NCBI GenBank assembly: GCA_035327525.1
Contig: DAOLDC010000001.1
Coordinates: forward strand, 1-50,248
Direction: 5' to 3'
From: Minisyncoccota bacterium
GTDB taxonomy: Bacteria; Patescibacteriota; Minisyncoccia; Phycocordibacterales; JAACPR01
Length of the DNA stretch: 50,248 bases
The notes below the pieces were generated by a model, which saw nothing but the letters and a program-made list of their open reading frames with translations, did no database searches and was not told the origin of the DNA. Numbering within the stretch: the stretch's first letter is position 1; each line of letters begins with the position of its first letter. Both the position numbers and the translations under genes were made by a program. Shown here piece after piece: positions 27,068 through 37,348 of the stretch.

Positions 27068-27118
27068 GTCTTTACTTTTTTATTAATTTTTGCTATATTT
27101 TAGAATCAAACAAAACAA

Positions 27119-27499
27119 ATGAGAATACTAGGAATAACCCTACCGGAAAATAAGAGAATAGAAGTGGCACTAACCAGTCTTTATGGTATAGGACTTTCTT
27201 ATTCTCAAAAAATTCTAAAAACCTGCAATGTCGACCCAAACAAGAAATCAAAGGACATCACTCCAGACGAAGAAACAAAAATTCGTCAAGAAATCGAAAA
27301 AATAAAACTTGAAGGAGATCTAAAAAGAGAAATAGCTAATAATGTAAAAAGACAAAAAGATATACAGTCATACAAGGGCAGTCGTCACTCAAAAAAACTA
27401 CCAGTCAGAGGTCAGAGGACAAAAACAAATTCTAGAACCGTTAGAGGTAATGTTAGAAAGACTATGGGTTCCGGAAGAAAGGCAGTTGAGAAAAAATAA
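27119..27499 (+). CDS. rpsM: 30S ribosomal protein S13
   Basis: MRILGITLPENKRIEVALTSLYGIGLSYSQKIL. Confidence 0.95.
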   Translation: MRILGITLPENKRIEVALTSLYGIGLSYSQKILKTCNVDPNKKSKDITPDEETKIRQEIEKIKLEGDLKREIANNVKRQKDIQSYKGSRHSKKLPVRGQRTKTNSRTVRGNVRKTMGSGRKAVEKK

Positions 27500-27511
27500 A
27501 ATAATATAAAC

Positions 27512-27943
27512 ATGGGAAAAAAGAGAATAGTCAAAAAAACAGAAGTAGCAGAATCAGGATCAAAAGATTCTGCACCAAAAAAATTATCTAGAAAAAAACT
27601 AGAGTCAGGAGTTTTATATGTTAGATCAACATATAACAACACCACACTTTTGTTGACGGATCTAAAGGGTAATGCAATTGGATCTTCATCTAGCGGAGCA
27701 TTAGGATTCAAGGGTGCAAAAAAAGGCACACCATTTGCTGCCGCAAAAGCCGCAGAAGTTTTGGCAGAAAAAGCCGAATTGTTAGGAATAAAAAAGATAA
27801 ACGTAGTTGTAAAAGGTGTTGGTGCTGGTAGAGAGTCCTCAATCAGAGGTTTTATAAGCAAGGGAATACAGCTCAACAGTTTGAAAGATATGACACCTGT
27901 TCCGCACAACGGACCAAAACCACCTAAACCAAGAAGAGTATAA
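27512..27943 (+). CDS. rpsK: 30S ribosomal protein S11
   Basis: YVRSTYNNTTLLLTDLKGNAIGSSSSGALGFKGAKKGTPFAA. Confidence 0.95.
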   Translation: MGKKRIVKKTEVAESGSKDSAPKKLSRKKLESGVLYVRSTYNNTTLLLTDLKGNAIGSSSSGALGFKGAKKGTPFAAAKAAEVLAEKAELLGIKKINVVVKGVGAGRESSIRGFISKGIQLNSLKDMTPVPHNGPKPPKPRRV

Positions 27944-27949
27944 AAAAAT

Positions 27950-28561
27950 ATGAAAATCGGACCAAAATACAAAATAGCAAGAAGACTTGGAGGAGCAATT
28001 TTTGAGAAAACTCAAACTCAAAAATTTGCATTGCGAAATGAAAAGAAAAATTTTGCAAACAATACCGGAAAAAGAGCAAAATCAAATTTTGCACTACAAT
28101 TATTAGAAAAGCAAAAAGTAAAATACACTTACGGTATTTCTACAAAACAACTTTCTAATTACGTAAAAGCGATACTACAATCAAAACAAAAACAACCAGA
28201 ACTTGGTTTTTTCCAATCATTAGAAAAGAGGTTAGATAATGTCGTTTTGAGATCTGGTCTTGCAACTACACGTTTTCAGGCAAGACAAATGGTCACACAT
28301 GGTCACATGCGAGTCAATAACAAAAAAACCACAGTTCCTTCTTATCAAATCAAGAAAGGCGACATTGTCACCGTAAAAGATTCCAGCAAAATAAAACCAC
28401 TTTTTGTTGGTTTCAAGGACAAGTCAAAAGATGTTATAACCCCAACATGGATTAATGTTGATCCAAAAAATTATACAATTACAATTGTAGCTGATCCCGA
28501 ATACAAACCAGCCGAATTGGCGTTTAGTTTGGGTGATGTAATACAATTTTATAAGAGATAA
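27950..28561 (+). CDS. rpsD: 30S ribosomal protein S4
   Basis: GPKYKIARRLG, LEKRLDNVVLRSGLATTRFQARQMVTHGHMRVNNKK (S4 RNA-binding domain). Confidence 0.95.
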   Translation: MKIGPKYKIARRLGGAIFEKTQTQKFALRNEKKNFANNTGKRAKSNFALQLLEKQKVKYTYGISTKQLSNYVKAILQSKQKQPELGFFQSLEKRLDNVVLRSGLATTRFQARQMVTHGHMRVNNKKTTVPSYQIKKGDIVTVKDSSKIKPLFVGFKDKSKDVITPTWINVDPKNYTITIVADPEYKPAELAFSLGDVIQFYKR

Positions 28562-28562
28562 T

Positions 28563-28591
28563 TTGCTTTATTTGGCTTTTTTTCGTATAAT
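28563..28591 (+). promoter_or_regulatory. Possible internal promoter TTGCTT-17nt-TATAAT before rpoA
   Basis: TTGCTT at 28563-28568 and TATAAT at 28586-28591. Confidence 0.4.
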
Positions 28592-28638
28592 TTGTTTGAT
28601 TAAAATTAATAATTAATTATTTAAAAGTATTTAAAAAA

Positions 28639-29610
28639 ATGATTGACCACAATATTGCTTTGCCATCAAAGCCAAGAATCGTGATGGAAGAAGGTTTTAA
28701 AGGAGTATATGAAATCGACGGATTATATCCTGGATATGGTCACACACTAGGTAATTCACTTCGAAGAATTATATTATCGTCATTACCTGGCGCCGCAATC
28801 GTGGAACTAAAAGTAAAAGGCGTTGGTCATGAATTTTCTACAATTGAAGGCGTAAAAGAGGATTTGGTATCAATAATTTTAAATATCAAAAAAATCAGAT
28901 TGTCACTAGATGGTGATGAGCCACAAACAATTACAATAAAGGCAATTGGCCCAAAAAATGTTACAGCTGGTGACATCAATGTACCAACTCAGGTCAAAAT
29001 AATGAACCCTGATCAACCAATTTTTAGTCTAACAGAAAAAGGAAAGACAGTTGAGATGGAACTAAAAGTTCAAAACGGACTTGGTTATGTACCAAAAGAT
29101 CTGATCAAAAAAGAAAGGGTTGACGTTGGATCAATAACATTAGATGGAATTTTTACTCCAATTAGAAGAGTTCAGTATGAAACAGAAAACATGCGTGTTG
29201 GAGATAGAACCGATTTTAACAGATTGAGAATCATGATAGAGACTGATGGTACAATTTCTGCAAAAAATGCGTTGGAAAAATCAATAGAAATAATGATTAC
29301 CCAACTAAAATCAATAATTGGTTTCAAAGAAGAAATTGAAATCAAACCTGCAGCAGAAAAAATAGAAGACAAAAAATCATCAAAATCAAACAAGAATGCT
29401 GAAGAAATAGAAGATTTCCTAAAAACAAGATTAGAAACACTTAATTTATCATCTCGAACAATCAATGCATTGACTGCCGCAAATATTAGAACTGTTGGTG
29501 GTTTGGCAAGAAAGAAAGAAGATGACCTACTAGAAATTGATGGTATGGGAAATAAAGGATTGCAAGAAATAAAGAAAATTCTTGGTGAACACGGTTTAAT
29601 TTTGAAATAA
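28639..29610 (+). CDS. rpoA: DNA-directed RNA polymerase subunit alpha
   Basis: [22 protein letters not shown] and a C-terminal domain [22 protein letters not shown]. Confidence 0.95.
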   Translation: [323 protein letters not shown]

Positions 29611-29658
29611 ACTTATACTCTTTACTTTTTATCAAAAAATTGCTAGTCTAAACAGCCA

Positions 29659-30009
29659 ATGAGACATCATAATAGAAACAAAAAACTAGGAAGAGATAGA
29701 GACGGAAGAAGGGCGCTTCTGAAGTCTTTGATGTGTTCACTTATTCGATATGAAAAAATAAAAACTACAGAAACAAAAGCAAAACAACTTAGGCCTTATA
29801 TAGAAAGAATAGTAACAAAGGCAAAAATTGACTCCGTTGCAAATCGTAGATTTGTTTTGTCAAAAATCGGTAACAAAACACAAATGACAAAACTTTTCAC
29901 AAAAATCGCTCCAAAATATATAGATGTAAAAGGGGGTTATACCAGAATAACAAAATTACCAATCAGATTAAGCGATTCCAGCAAAATGGCTTTAATTGAA
30001 TTTCTATAA
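29659..30009 (+). CDS. rplQ: 50S ribosomal protein L17
   Basis: MRHHNRNKKLGRDRDGRRALLKSL...GGYTRITKL. Confidence 0.95.
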   Translation: MRHHNRNKKLGRDRDGRRALLKSLMCSLIRYEKIKTTETKAKQLRPYIERIVTKAKIDSVANRRFVLSKIGNKTQMTKLFTKIAPKYIDVKGGYTRITKLPIRLSDSSKMALIEFL

Positions 30010-30013
30010 TAAT

Positions 30014-30355
30014 ATGAAAACTCTAGACGCAAAAAACAAAAAAATAGGTCGAATTGCATCAGTCGCAGCCCGAATGTTGATGGGTAAAGATGAAGCAGAC
30101 TATACTCCAAACAAGGACAAAAACACAAAAGTTCAAATTATCAATGCCTCAAAAGCAAAAATAGATTTCAAGAAACTGCGTGACACAAAATATACAAGAT
30201 ATTCTGGCTATGCTAGCGGTCTAAAAGAAGAATCAATGCAGGATGTTATAAAAAAGAAGGGTTATGCTGAAGTTTTTAGAAAAGCAGTTTCTGGTATGCT
30301 TCCTAAAAATACACTAAAAAATAACAGAATGAAAAATTTGGAAATAATTGATTAA
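30014..30355 (+). CDS. rplM: 50S ribosomal protein L13 (short)
   Basis: GRIASVAARMLMGKD...YTRYSGYASGLKE...AVSGMLPKN. ATG 30014 follows the rplQ stop. The track TTG start overlaps rplQ. Confidence 0.9.
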   Translation: MKTLDAKNKKIGRIASVAARMLMGKDEADYTPNKDKNTKVQIINASKAKIDFKKLRDTKYTRYSGYASGLKEESMQDVIKKKGYAEVFRKAVSGMLPKNTLKNNRMKNLEIID

Positions 30356-30356
30356 T

Positions 30357-30764
30357 ATGACAACAAAAACAGAAAAAAAATATATAGAATGTATAGGACG
30401 CAGAAAGACAGCTGTTGCCCGTGTTAGAATTACTCCATCTAGTAAAGAATCAATTATTGTAAACGACAAAACTGTTGACGAGTATTTCAAAACAGAGGAA
30501 ACAAAAAAAATTGTTTTCGCGGCGATGAGAGATTCCGAAATTACAGAGAAATTTGAAATAACTGCAAAAATAAACGGTGGCGGAACAAAATCACAAGCAG
30601 AAAGTTTCAGACTTGGTTTGGCAAGATCTCTAGTCGTTTTTAACGAAGATCTAAGAAAAACCCTAAAAAAACTAGGATACCTAAAAAGAGATCCAAGAGT
30701 CAAGGAAAGAAAGAAATTCGGACTGAAAAAAGCTCGAAAGGCACCACAGTGGTCAAAGAGATAG
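30357..30764 (+). CDS. rpsI: 30S ribosomal protein S9
   Basis: GRRKTAVARVRI, GGGTKSQAESFRLGLARSL, DPRVKERKKFGLKKARKAPQWSKR. Confidence 0.95.
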   Translation: MTTKTEKKYIECIGRRKTAVARVRITPSSKESIIVNDKTVDEYFKTEETKKIVFAAMRDSEITEKFEITAKINGGGTKSQAESFRLGLARSLVVFNEDLRKTLKKLGYLKRDPRVKERKKFGLKKARKAPQWSKR

Positions 30765-30800
30765 TTTTTGTTTCCAAAATTTAATAACTTTAAGCAAAAA

Positions 30801-31379
30801 ATGTCTGAGGATAATTTAAATAAAAATTCACAAGATAATAGCGAAGAAGTTTTTTATGATACGGATCAATTTGATGATACCGATAATTCTTCTGCTCTGA
30901 AAAAAATAAAAAATCTAAAAGAGGAATTGGAAAAGTGTAAAAAAGAAAAGCAAGAATATCTAGATGGTTGGCAGAGATCAAAAGCGGATTTTGTTAATTT
31001 CAAAAAACGAGCAGAAGAAGACAAAAAGAGCCTGATAAAATATTCAACTGAGGAATTTATTATTCAATTGATACCAGCGATGGATAGTTTTGAATTAGCA
31101 TTCAAAAACAAAGAAGCGTGGGAAAAGGCGCCCCCAGATTGGCGGACGGGAATAGAATTTATTCACTCTCAACTAAAAAAAGTATTGACAGATAATGGTG
31201 TAAGTGAAATAAATCCAATTAATGAAAAATTTGATCCAAAATTACATCATTCCATAGATACAAAAGACATAGAAGATAATGAAAAAGATGGTAAAATACT
31301 AGAAGTTATACAGACGGGCTATAAACTGGGAGACAAAATAATCAAATACCCGAATGTAGTGGTAGGTAAAAAGAAATAA
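30801..31379 (+). CDS. grpE: Nucleotide exchange factor GrpE
   Basis: YLDGWQRSKADFVNFKKRAEEDK, FDPKLHHSI, GYKLGDKIIKYPNVVV. Confidence 0.9.
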   Translation: MSEDNLNKNSQDNSEEVFYDTDQFDDTDNSSALKKIKNLKEELEKCKKEKQEYLDGWQRSKADFVNFKKRAEEDKKSLIKYSTEEFIIQLIPAMDSFELAFKNKEAWEKAPPDWRTGIEFIHSQLKKVLTDNGVSEINPINEKFDPKLHHSIDTKDIEDNEKDGKILEVIQTGYKLGDKIIKYPNVVVGKKK

Positions 31380-31406
31380 AAATTATTAGTTTAACAAGAA
31401 AAAAAT

Positions 31407-33311
31407 ATGTCAAAAATAATTGGTATTGATTTGGGAACAACAAATTCAGCGTTTGCAATAGTCGAAAATGGTGAACCAGAAATTATAGAAAATTCTGAGG
31501 GTAATAGAACCACACCGTCAATTGTCGCAATATCGAGAAGTGGGGAAAGGTTGGTCGGTCAATTAGCCAAAAGACAGGCTGTAACAAATCCTCAGAACAC
31601 TATTTTTGGTATAAAACGGTTTATTGGACACACATTTGAGGATCCTGCTGTTGAAAAGGATAAGAAAACGGTTCCATTTGAAGTTTCAAAATCTGATAAT
31701 AATGGAGTTTTGGTAAAGATGGGAGACAAAAAATATCGACCAGAAGAAATTTCCGCAATGATTTTGCAAAAACTAAAAGCTGATGCAGAAGCAAAATTGG
31801 GTGAGAAAATAACAGAAGCAGTAATAACTGTCCCAGCCTATTTCAATGATTCACAAAGACAGGCAACAAAGGATGCTGGAAAAATAGCTGGATTGGACGT
31901 AAAAAGAATTATCAACGAACCAACTGCAGCAGCATTGGCGTATGGCTTCAACAAAAAGAAAGACGAAAAAATAGTAGTCTTTGATTTTGGTGGTGGCACT
32001 TTTGATATTTCTGTTTTGGAGGTTGGTGACGATGTTGTAGAGGTAAAGGCAACAGATGGAGATTCTCACATGGGTGGAAAAGATATTGATCAAAAAATAA
32101 TTCGTTGGATATTGGATGAATTCAAAAAAGATTCAGGAATTGATATTTCAAAAGATCCTCTTGCGCTACAAAGACTTGATGAAGCAGCCGAAAAAGCAAA
32201 AATAGAACTTTCTAGTGCAACAGAAAGTGAAATAAATATTCCATTCATAACATCTGACGCAAACGGTCCAAAACATTTGTTACTAAAATTAACTAGGTCA
32301 AAATTAGAAGAGTTATCAGCGGAATTTGTTGACAGGTCAATAGAAATTACAAAAAGAGCTCTCGAGGCTTCACCTTTCAAAATGAGTGAAATTGATGAAA
32401 TTGTTATGGTTGGTGGTCAGACCAGAATGCCAAAAATCCAAGAAGAGGTCAAAAAGCTATTTGGAAAAGAGCCGAACAAATCAATCAACCCTGACGAAGT
32501 TGTTGCTCTTGGGGCTGCACTACAAGGTGGAATATTGCAAGGTGATGTCAAGGATGTTCTTTTGCTTGATGTTATTCCGCTTTCTCTTGGTATAGAAACA
32601 ATGGGCGGCGTATCTACAAAATTAATAGAAAAAAACACAACAATTCCTGCTAGCAAATCCCAAGTATTTTCGACTGCAGCCGATAATCAAACACAAGTAG
32701 AAATTCACATTGTTCAAGGAGAAAGAGCAATGGCAAATGATAACAAGTCATTAGGAAGGTTCATATTGGATGGAATACCTCCTGCACCTCGTGGAATGCC
32801 TCAGGTTGAGGTTTCATTCGATGTTGATGCCAATGGTATATTGAATGTTACAGCAAAGGACAAGGCAACAAACAAGGCTCAATCTATCAAGATAGAGGCA
32901 GGATCAGGACTTTCAGAGGATGAAATCAAAAAAATGCAAAAAGATGCAGAGGTTCATGCGGATGAGGACAAAAAAAAGAAGGAATTGATCGATATAAAAA
33001 ATCTTTCTGAACAATTGATATATACCGCAGAAAAATCTCTAAAAGATGCTGGTGACAAAGTCCCTGCTGATTTGAAGGGTGGTGTTGAGGCAAAAATAAA
33101 AAATTCACGCGATGCTCTTTCTGGAAATGATGTAGACGCAATAAAAAAAGCAAATTCAGAATTGTCAGATGAAATGCAAAAAATTGGTCAGCATATCAAT
33201 CAACAACCGCAAGGTGATGGTGGTAGTCAAGAAAAAAATGAAAAAGACGATAATATTAGAGACGCTGAAGTGGAGGATAACAAGAAAAATGATGATGGTG
33301 ACAAAAAATAA
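31407..33311 (+). CDS. dnaK: Molecular chaperone DnaK (Hsp70)
   Basis: [39 protein letters not shown], full substrate-binding domain. Confidence 0.98.
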   Translation: MSKIIGIDLGTTNSAFAIVENGEPEIIENSEGNRTTPSIVAISRSGERLVGQLAKRQAVTNPQNTIFGIKRFIGHTFEDPAVEKDKKTVPFEVSKSDNNGVLVKMGDKKYRPEEISAMILQKLKADAEAKLGEKITEAVITVPAYFNDSQRQATKDAGKIAGLDVKRIINEPTAAALAYGFNKKKDEKIVVFDFGGGTFDISVLEVGDDVVEVKATDGDSHMGGKDIDQKIIRWILDEFKKDSGIDISKDPLALQRLDEAAEKAKIELSSATESEINIPFITSDANGPKHLLLKLTRSKLEELSAEFVDRSIEITKRALEASPFKMSEIDEIVMVGGQTRMPKIQEEVKKLFGKEPNKSINPDEVVALGAALQGGILQGDVKDVLLLDVIPLSLGIETMGGVSTKLIEKNTTIPASKSQVFSTAADNQTQVEIHIVQGERAMANDNKSLGRFILDGIPPAPRGMPQVEVSFDVDANGILNVTAKDKATNKAQSIKIEAGSGLSEDEIKKMQKDAEVHADEDKKKKELIDIKNLSEQLIYTAEKSLKDAGDKVPADLKGGVEAKIKNSRDALSGNDVDAIKKANSELSDEMQKIGQHINQQPQGDGGSQEKNEKDDNIRDAEVEDNKKNDDGDKK

Positions 33312-34195
33312 TGAGCAAAGATTACTACAAAATTCTGGGTGTAGAAAAAAATGCTAACAAAGACGACATAAAAAAAGCATTTAGAAAACTCGCACACCAG
33401 CATCATCCAGACAAGAAGAGTGGCGACGAAAAAAAATTCAAAGAAATAAACGAAGCATATAATGTTCTGTCGGATGACAAAAAGAGAGCACAGTACGACC
33501 AATTTGGCTCATCTTTTTCTGGTTATAATCCTGGAGCAGAAGGTTTTGGTTCGGCAGGAGGATTCGGTGGTTTTGATTTTTCTCAATTTACTCAGAACGG
33601 ACAAAATGTTGAATTTGATATGGGCGACATATTCAGTAGTTTTTTTGGTGGCAGAGGATATTCTAGGGTGCGAAAAGGTCCAGATGTTTCTGTGGCAGTA
33701 GAGATAAGTTTTAAGGAGTCTATTATTGGAACAAAAAAACAAATAAAAATTGACTACAAAAATTCTGACAAAAAAGAAATTTTAGATGTTACTATTCCAT
33801 CAGGAATAGATAATGGCGAAATGATGCGTGTTCGTGGCAAGGGTGAGCCAATAGATGGTGGTCAACCAGGAGATTTATATATAAAGATTTACATAAAACC
33901 ACATAAAACTATCTCAAAAGATGGTGTGAATTTGTTTACAGTTTTGAAAATAAAATTAACTGAATCAATTTTGGGCACAAAAAAAGATATTCAAAAATAT
34001 GATGATACTTTTTTGACTATCAAAATTCCTGCCGGTATAAAGCATGGTGAAATTTTGAGGGTTAGAAATGAAGGAGTTCCTCTACAAAACGGTAGATCCG
34101 GTGACTTGTTAGTTAAGGTTGAAATTGACATACCAAACAGACTTTCTAGAAAAGTAAAGGATGCGCTAAAATCTCTAGAGGAAGAGGGTTATTAA
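33311..34195 (+). CDS. dnaJ: J-domain co-chaperone, DnaJ position but class B/CbpA-like (no zinc-finger domain)
   Basis: J domain with HPD (YYKILGV...HHPDK), G/F region and two C-terminal beta domains. The protein contains no cysteine at all. Its start overlaps the dnaK stop (TAATG). Confidence 0.85.
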   Translation: MSKDYYKILGVEKNANKDDIKKAFRKLAHQHHPDKKSGDEKKFKEINEAYNVLSDDKKRAQYDQFGSSFSGYNPGAEGFGSAGGFGGFDFSQFTQNGQNVEFDMGDIFSSFFGGRGYSRVRKGPDVSVAVEISFKESIIGTKKQIKIDYKNSDKKEILDVTIPSGIDNGEMMRVRGKGEPIDGGQPGDLYIKIYIKPHKTISKDGVNLFTVLKIKLTESILGTKKDIQKYDDTFLTIKIPAGIKHGEILRVRNEGVPLQNGRSGDLLVKVEIDIPNRLSRKVKDALKSLEEEGY

Positions 34196-34242
34196 AAAGA
34201 ATACTTTCTTTATTACAAAAAATTAGATATAATTTGTTGCAT

Positions 34243-34716
34243 ATGATAAATATCGGTCTTATTTCTTTGGATATAATTATAATAGCAGTAATTATATTTG
34301 TACTTGTTTTGCTATGTTTGAAAAACAAAAAACATTATGTCACAGCGCTGATTGTATCAATATATCCAACAATTCTTATTTACAAAAACTTTCCTTTTAT
34401 TGATTTTACAAACAAAACAGCAGAAGTAATTTTTTTGATTATAATTTATTTTGCAATTTTATTTATCCTAAAGAGAAATATATCCAGTGGGGGTAATTAC
34501 TATTCAAATTATCTTAGTAAGATATTGAATGGTGTAATATTATCAGTGACATTTGTTTTTTTATTACTTTCTGTATACGTTCATTCTTTACCAGAACTTG
34601 GAAATATTTATAATTTTTCGTCTCAAACAACAGCACTAGTTGCAAATATTCCTATTGGTTTATCATTAATAATACCAATAGTTATAATTTTATTTCTTAA
34701 CAAAAGAGATAATTAA
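34243..34716 (+). CDS. Hypothetical polytopic membrane protein (possibly CvpA-like)
   Basis: 4-5 hydrophobic segments. The N-terminal LISLDIIIIAVIIFVLVLL recalls the CvpA N-terminus (weak). Ends 3 nt before the kinase gene. Confidence 0.45.
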   Translation: MINIGLISLDIIIIAVIIFVLVLLCLKNKKHYVTALIVSIYPTILIYKNFPFIDFTNKTAEVIFLIIIYFAILFILKRNISSGGNYYSNYLSKILNGVILSVTFVFLLLSVYVHSLPELGNIYNFSSQTTALVANIPIGLSLIIPIVIILFLNKRDN

Positions 34717-34719
34717 TTT

Positions 34720-35571
34720 ATGAGTATTGAAAATATTACAAATTTACTTCAATTATCAATGTATATTGCTGTCATTTTATTTTTTGCCTATTGTTTTTAT
34801 CGCAAATTACAATATGACAAAAAAATAGATGTATTAATAAAAAAGATTCAGGAATTGAATGATCAATTAAAAGAATTAGACGAACAAAAAACAAATTTTG
34901 TATCAATAGCATCACATCAACTGAGAGGTCCGCTGACTGTAATGATTGGTTATGTTTCTATGATTTTGGAAGGGGATTATGGTGATGTTTCCAGTGACAT
35001 CAGGGAGCAATTGGAAAAAGTCGAAAAATCAGGAAATACTATGAATTTTTTGATTAATGATTATTTGAATGCTTCAAAAATTGATAAAGACGAGGTCGGT
35101 CTAATTGTTGAGGATGTAAATGTCCAAAAATTATTGAACATTATTTTTGATGAATTCGAATCTGTTGCTAAAAAGTCAAATTTATCACTAATTTTGAAGA
35201 CAGACATTGACGAAAATTTATTCATAAAAGCTGATTTTTCAAAAACACACGAGGCCATTTCCAGTATAGTTGATAACGCTATAAAATATACCCAAAAAGG
35301 CAAAATAACAATATTTGCTAGCGCAAAAAATGATATTTTGAATATAAAAATTCAGGATGAGGGTATTGGTATAAAAAATAAGGACCTAAAAAATATTTTT
35401 GATAAATTCCAGAGGAGCAAGGAGGCAATTGAGCTGAATGTGACTGGTACAGGTCTGGGATTATTTGTTTCAAAGTATTTTATTGAAACACAAGGTGGAA
35501 AAATTTGGGCTGAATCGGATGGAATAGGAACTGGGTCGGTATTCAATATTGAATTTCCAATTATCAAATAA
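34720..35571 (+). CDS. Sensor histidine kinase (one TM, HisKA plus HATPase_c, no extracytoplasmic sensor domain)
   Basis: H-box FVSIASHQLRGPL, N-box DNAIKYT, G1 DEGIGI, G2 GTGLGL. Confidence 0.85.
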   Translation: MSIENITNLLQLSMYIAVILFFAYCFYRKLQYDKKIDVLIKKIQELNDQLKELDEQKTNFVSIASHQLRGPLTVMIGYVSMILEGDYGDVSSDIREQLEKVEKSGNTMNFLINDYLNASKIDKDEVGLIVEDVNVQKLLNIIFDEFESVAKKSNLSLILKTDIDENLFIKADFSKTHEAISSIVDNAIKYTQKGKITIFASAKNDILNIKIQDEGIGIKNKDLKNIFDKFQRSKEAIELNVTGTGLGLFVSKYFIETQGGKIWAESDGIGTGSVFNIEFPIIK

Positions 35572-35588
35572 TTTGCTATCTTATATAT

Positions 35589-36563
35589 ATGAAAAAAACT
35601 TTTATTTCTGGTATAAAACCAACAGGACAGCTTCATATCGGCAATTATTTTGGTGCAATGAGGCAATTTGTTAATTTACAGGACGAATACGACGGTAGTG
35701 TTTTTGTTCCTGATTTGCACGCAATTACAACAGTAAAGGATTCCCAATCATTGATTGATGGAGTCCTAAATGTCACTATGGACTATTTGGCAATCGGTAT
35801 CGATCCAAAAAAAGTAGTTATTTTTAAACAGTCAGATTTGCCGGAAGTCACGGAAATGTCATGGGTATTCAATTGTTTGGTGACAATGCCATATTTGATG
35901 AGAGCACACGCATTCAAGGATTCTGAAGCAAAAAATAAGGAAATAAATGTTGGAGTTTTTGATTATCCAGTTTTGATGGCTGCAGATATTTTGATACAAA
36001 ATGTCGATATTGTCCCAATAGGTAGAGATCAGAAACAACATGTCGAAATTGCTAGGGATATTGCCGAAAAATTCAATTCTATTTACGGCGAGATTTTCAA
36101 AATACCTGAGGCGTTAATTATTGAAAAATTTGAGACAGTACCTGGTATAGATGGTCAAAAAATGAGTAAAAGTTACAACAACACAATACCTATTTTTGCC
36201 ACAAAGGACGAAGTAAGAAAAATTGTAATGTCTATTCCAACTGATTCAAAATCTCCAAACGAACCAAAAGACACTGATTCAATTTTGTTCCGTATACACA
36301 AAATATTTTTATCAGATTCAGAACAAAAAGAACTGGCCGACATCTACAAATCAGGAATCAGTTACAAGGATGCAAAAGAAAATCTAATAAATGAAATTAA
36401 CAAATTCTGCGAACCACTGATTGAAAATAGAATCAAATGGCAGAGCAATCCTGATTTGGTGATGGATATTTTGAATGATGGTGCAAAAAAAGCCAAGAAA
36501 AATACCGAAAAAACAATAAAGCTGTTTAGAGAAAAAGTTGGCATTCTTGGTTTAGAAAAATAG
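35589..36563 (+). CDS. trpS: Tryptophan--tRNA ligase
   Basis: GIKPTGQLHIGNYFG (HIGH-type) and KMSKS. Confidence 0.95.
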   Translation: MKKTFISGIKPTGQLHIGNYFGAMRQFVNLQDEYDGSVFVPDLHAITTVKDSQSLIDGVLNVTMDYLAIGIDPKKVVIFKQSDLPEVTEMSWVFNCLVTMPYLMRAHAFKDSEAKNKEINVGVFDYPVLMAADILIQNVDIVPIGRDQKQHVEIARDIAEKFNSIYGEIFKIPEALIIEKFETVPGIDGQKMSKSYNNTIPIFATKDEVRKIVMSIPTDSKSPNEPKDTDSILFRIHKIFLSDSEQKELADIYKSGISYKDAKENLINEINKFCEPLIENRIKWQSNPDLVMDILNDGAKKAKKNTEKTIKLFREKVGILGLEK

Positions 36564-36571
36564 AAAATTCG

Positions 36572-36580
36572 TGCTATAAT
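36572..36580 (+). promoter_or_regulatory. Extended -10 box TGcTATAAT upstream of scpA
   Basis: gTGCTATAAT at 36571-36580. Confidence 0.4.
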
Positions 36581-36613
36581 CTGCATTAATTTATAGTAAT
36601 TCAATACAAAATT

Positions 36614-37345
36614 GTGAAAATTGATTTTGAGGTCAAAACAGAAGTTTTTGAAGGTCCACTGGATCTATTGTTAAGTTTGATTGAAAAAAGAAAATTACTT
36701 ATTAATGATGTTTCTTTGGCAAAAATTACCGATGATTATATCGCATACCTAAAAAATAATGACGGAATGATGATTGGAGAGAGATCTGATTTTATTTTGA
36801 TTGCATCAACACTTTTGCTAATAAAATCAAAATCACTTTTGCCAACAATTGATCTGACAGAAGACGAGGAGAGAAGTATAGAGGATTTAGAAATTAGACT
36901 AAAAATCTTCAAGAGATTAAAAGAGGTTGAGCCAATTATTTTACAAAAATATTTACAAAACCCCTCATTTTCAAAAAGACAAGTAATTAATAATCAGGTC
37001 GTTTTTTCACCATCAAAACAAATAAATATCTCAACAATAAAAATAATGATCTCTAACATATTACAATCATTGCCAAAAGCAGAACAAACTATTAGAGCAG
37101 TAATAAAGAAGGCAATTAGCCTAGAGGACATGATTAATAGATTGACAAATAGAATAAAACAAAGTATAAACATGAGCTTCAAGGATTTTTCTAATTTTGA
37201 TAAAAAAGATAAAATAAATGTTATAGTTAGTTTTTTGGCGATGCTGGAATTGGTCAAAGAGGGAATAATAGAAACAGAGCAGAATAGTTATTCTGATGAT
37301 ATAAAAATTCAAACAAAAAAAATAGATTTACCACATTATACCTAA
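36614..37345 (+). CDS. scpA: Segregation and condensation protein A (GTG start)
   Basis: FEGPLDLLLSLIEKRKLLINDVSLAKITDDY. Confidence 0.85.
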   Translation: MKIDFEVKTEVFEGPLDLLLSLIEKRKLLINDVSLAKITDDYIAYLKNNDGMMIGERSDFILIASTLLLIKSKSLLPTIDLTEDEERSIEDLEIRLKIFKRLKEVEPIILQKYLQNPSFSKRQVINNQVVFSPSKQINISTIKIMISNILQSLPKAEQTIRAVIKKAISLEDMINRLTNRIKQSINMSFKDFSNFDKKDKINVIVSFLAMLELVKEGIIETEQNSYSDDIKIQTKKIDLPHYT

Positions 37346-37348
37346 AAC

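Noticed and set aside
27412-27972. Long minus-strand ORF (186 aa) antisense to rpsM/rpsK. Similar antisense ORFs lie at 30314-30703, 5634-6053, 8195-8665, 8720-9205, 13309-13719 and 2908-3333.
   Set aside because: Each lies entirely opposite a confidently identified conserved gene and has low-complexity or hydrophobic composition typical of antisense frames of biased codons. None has a recognisable motif or a promoter-like context.
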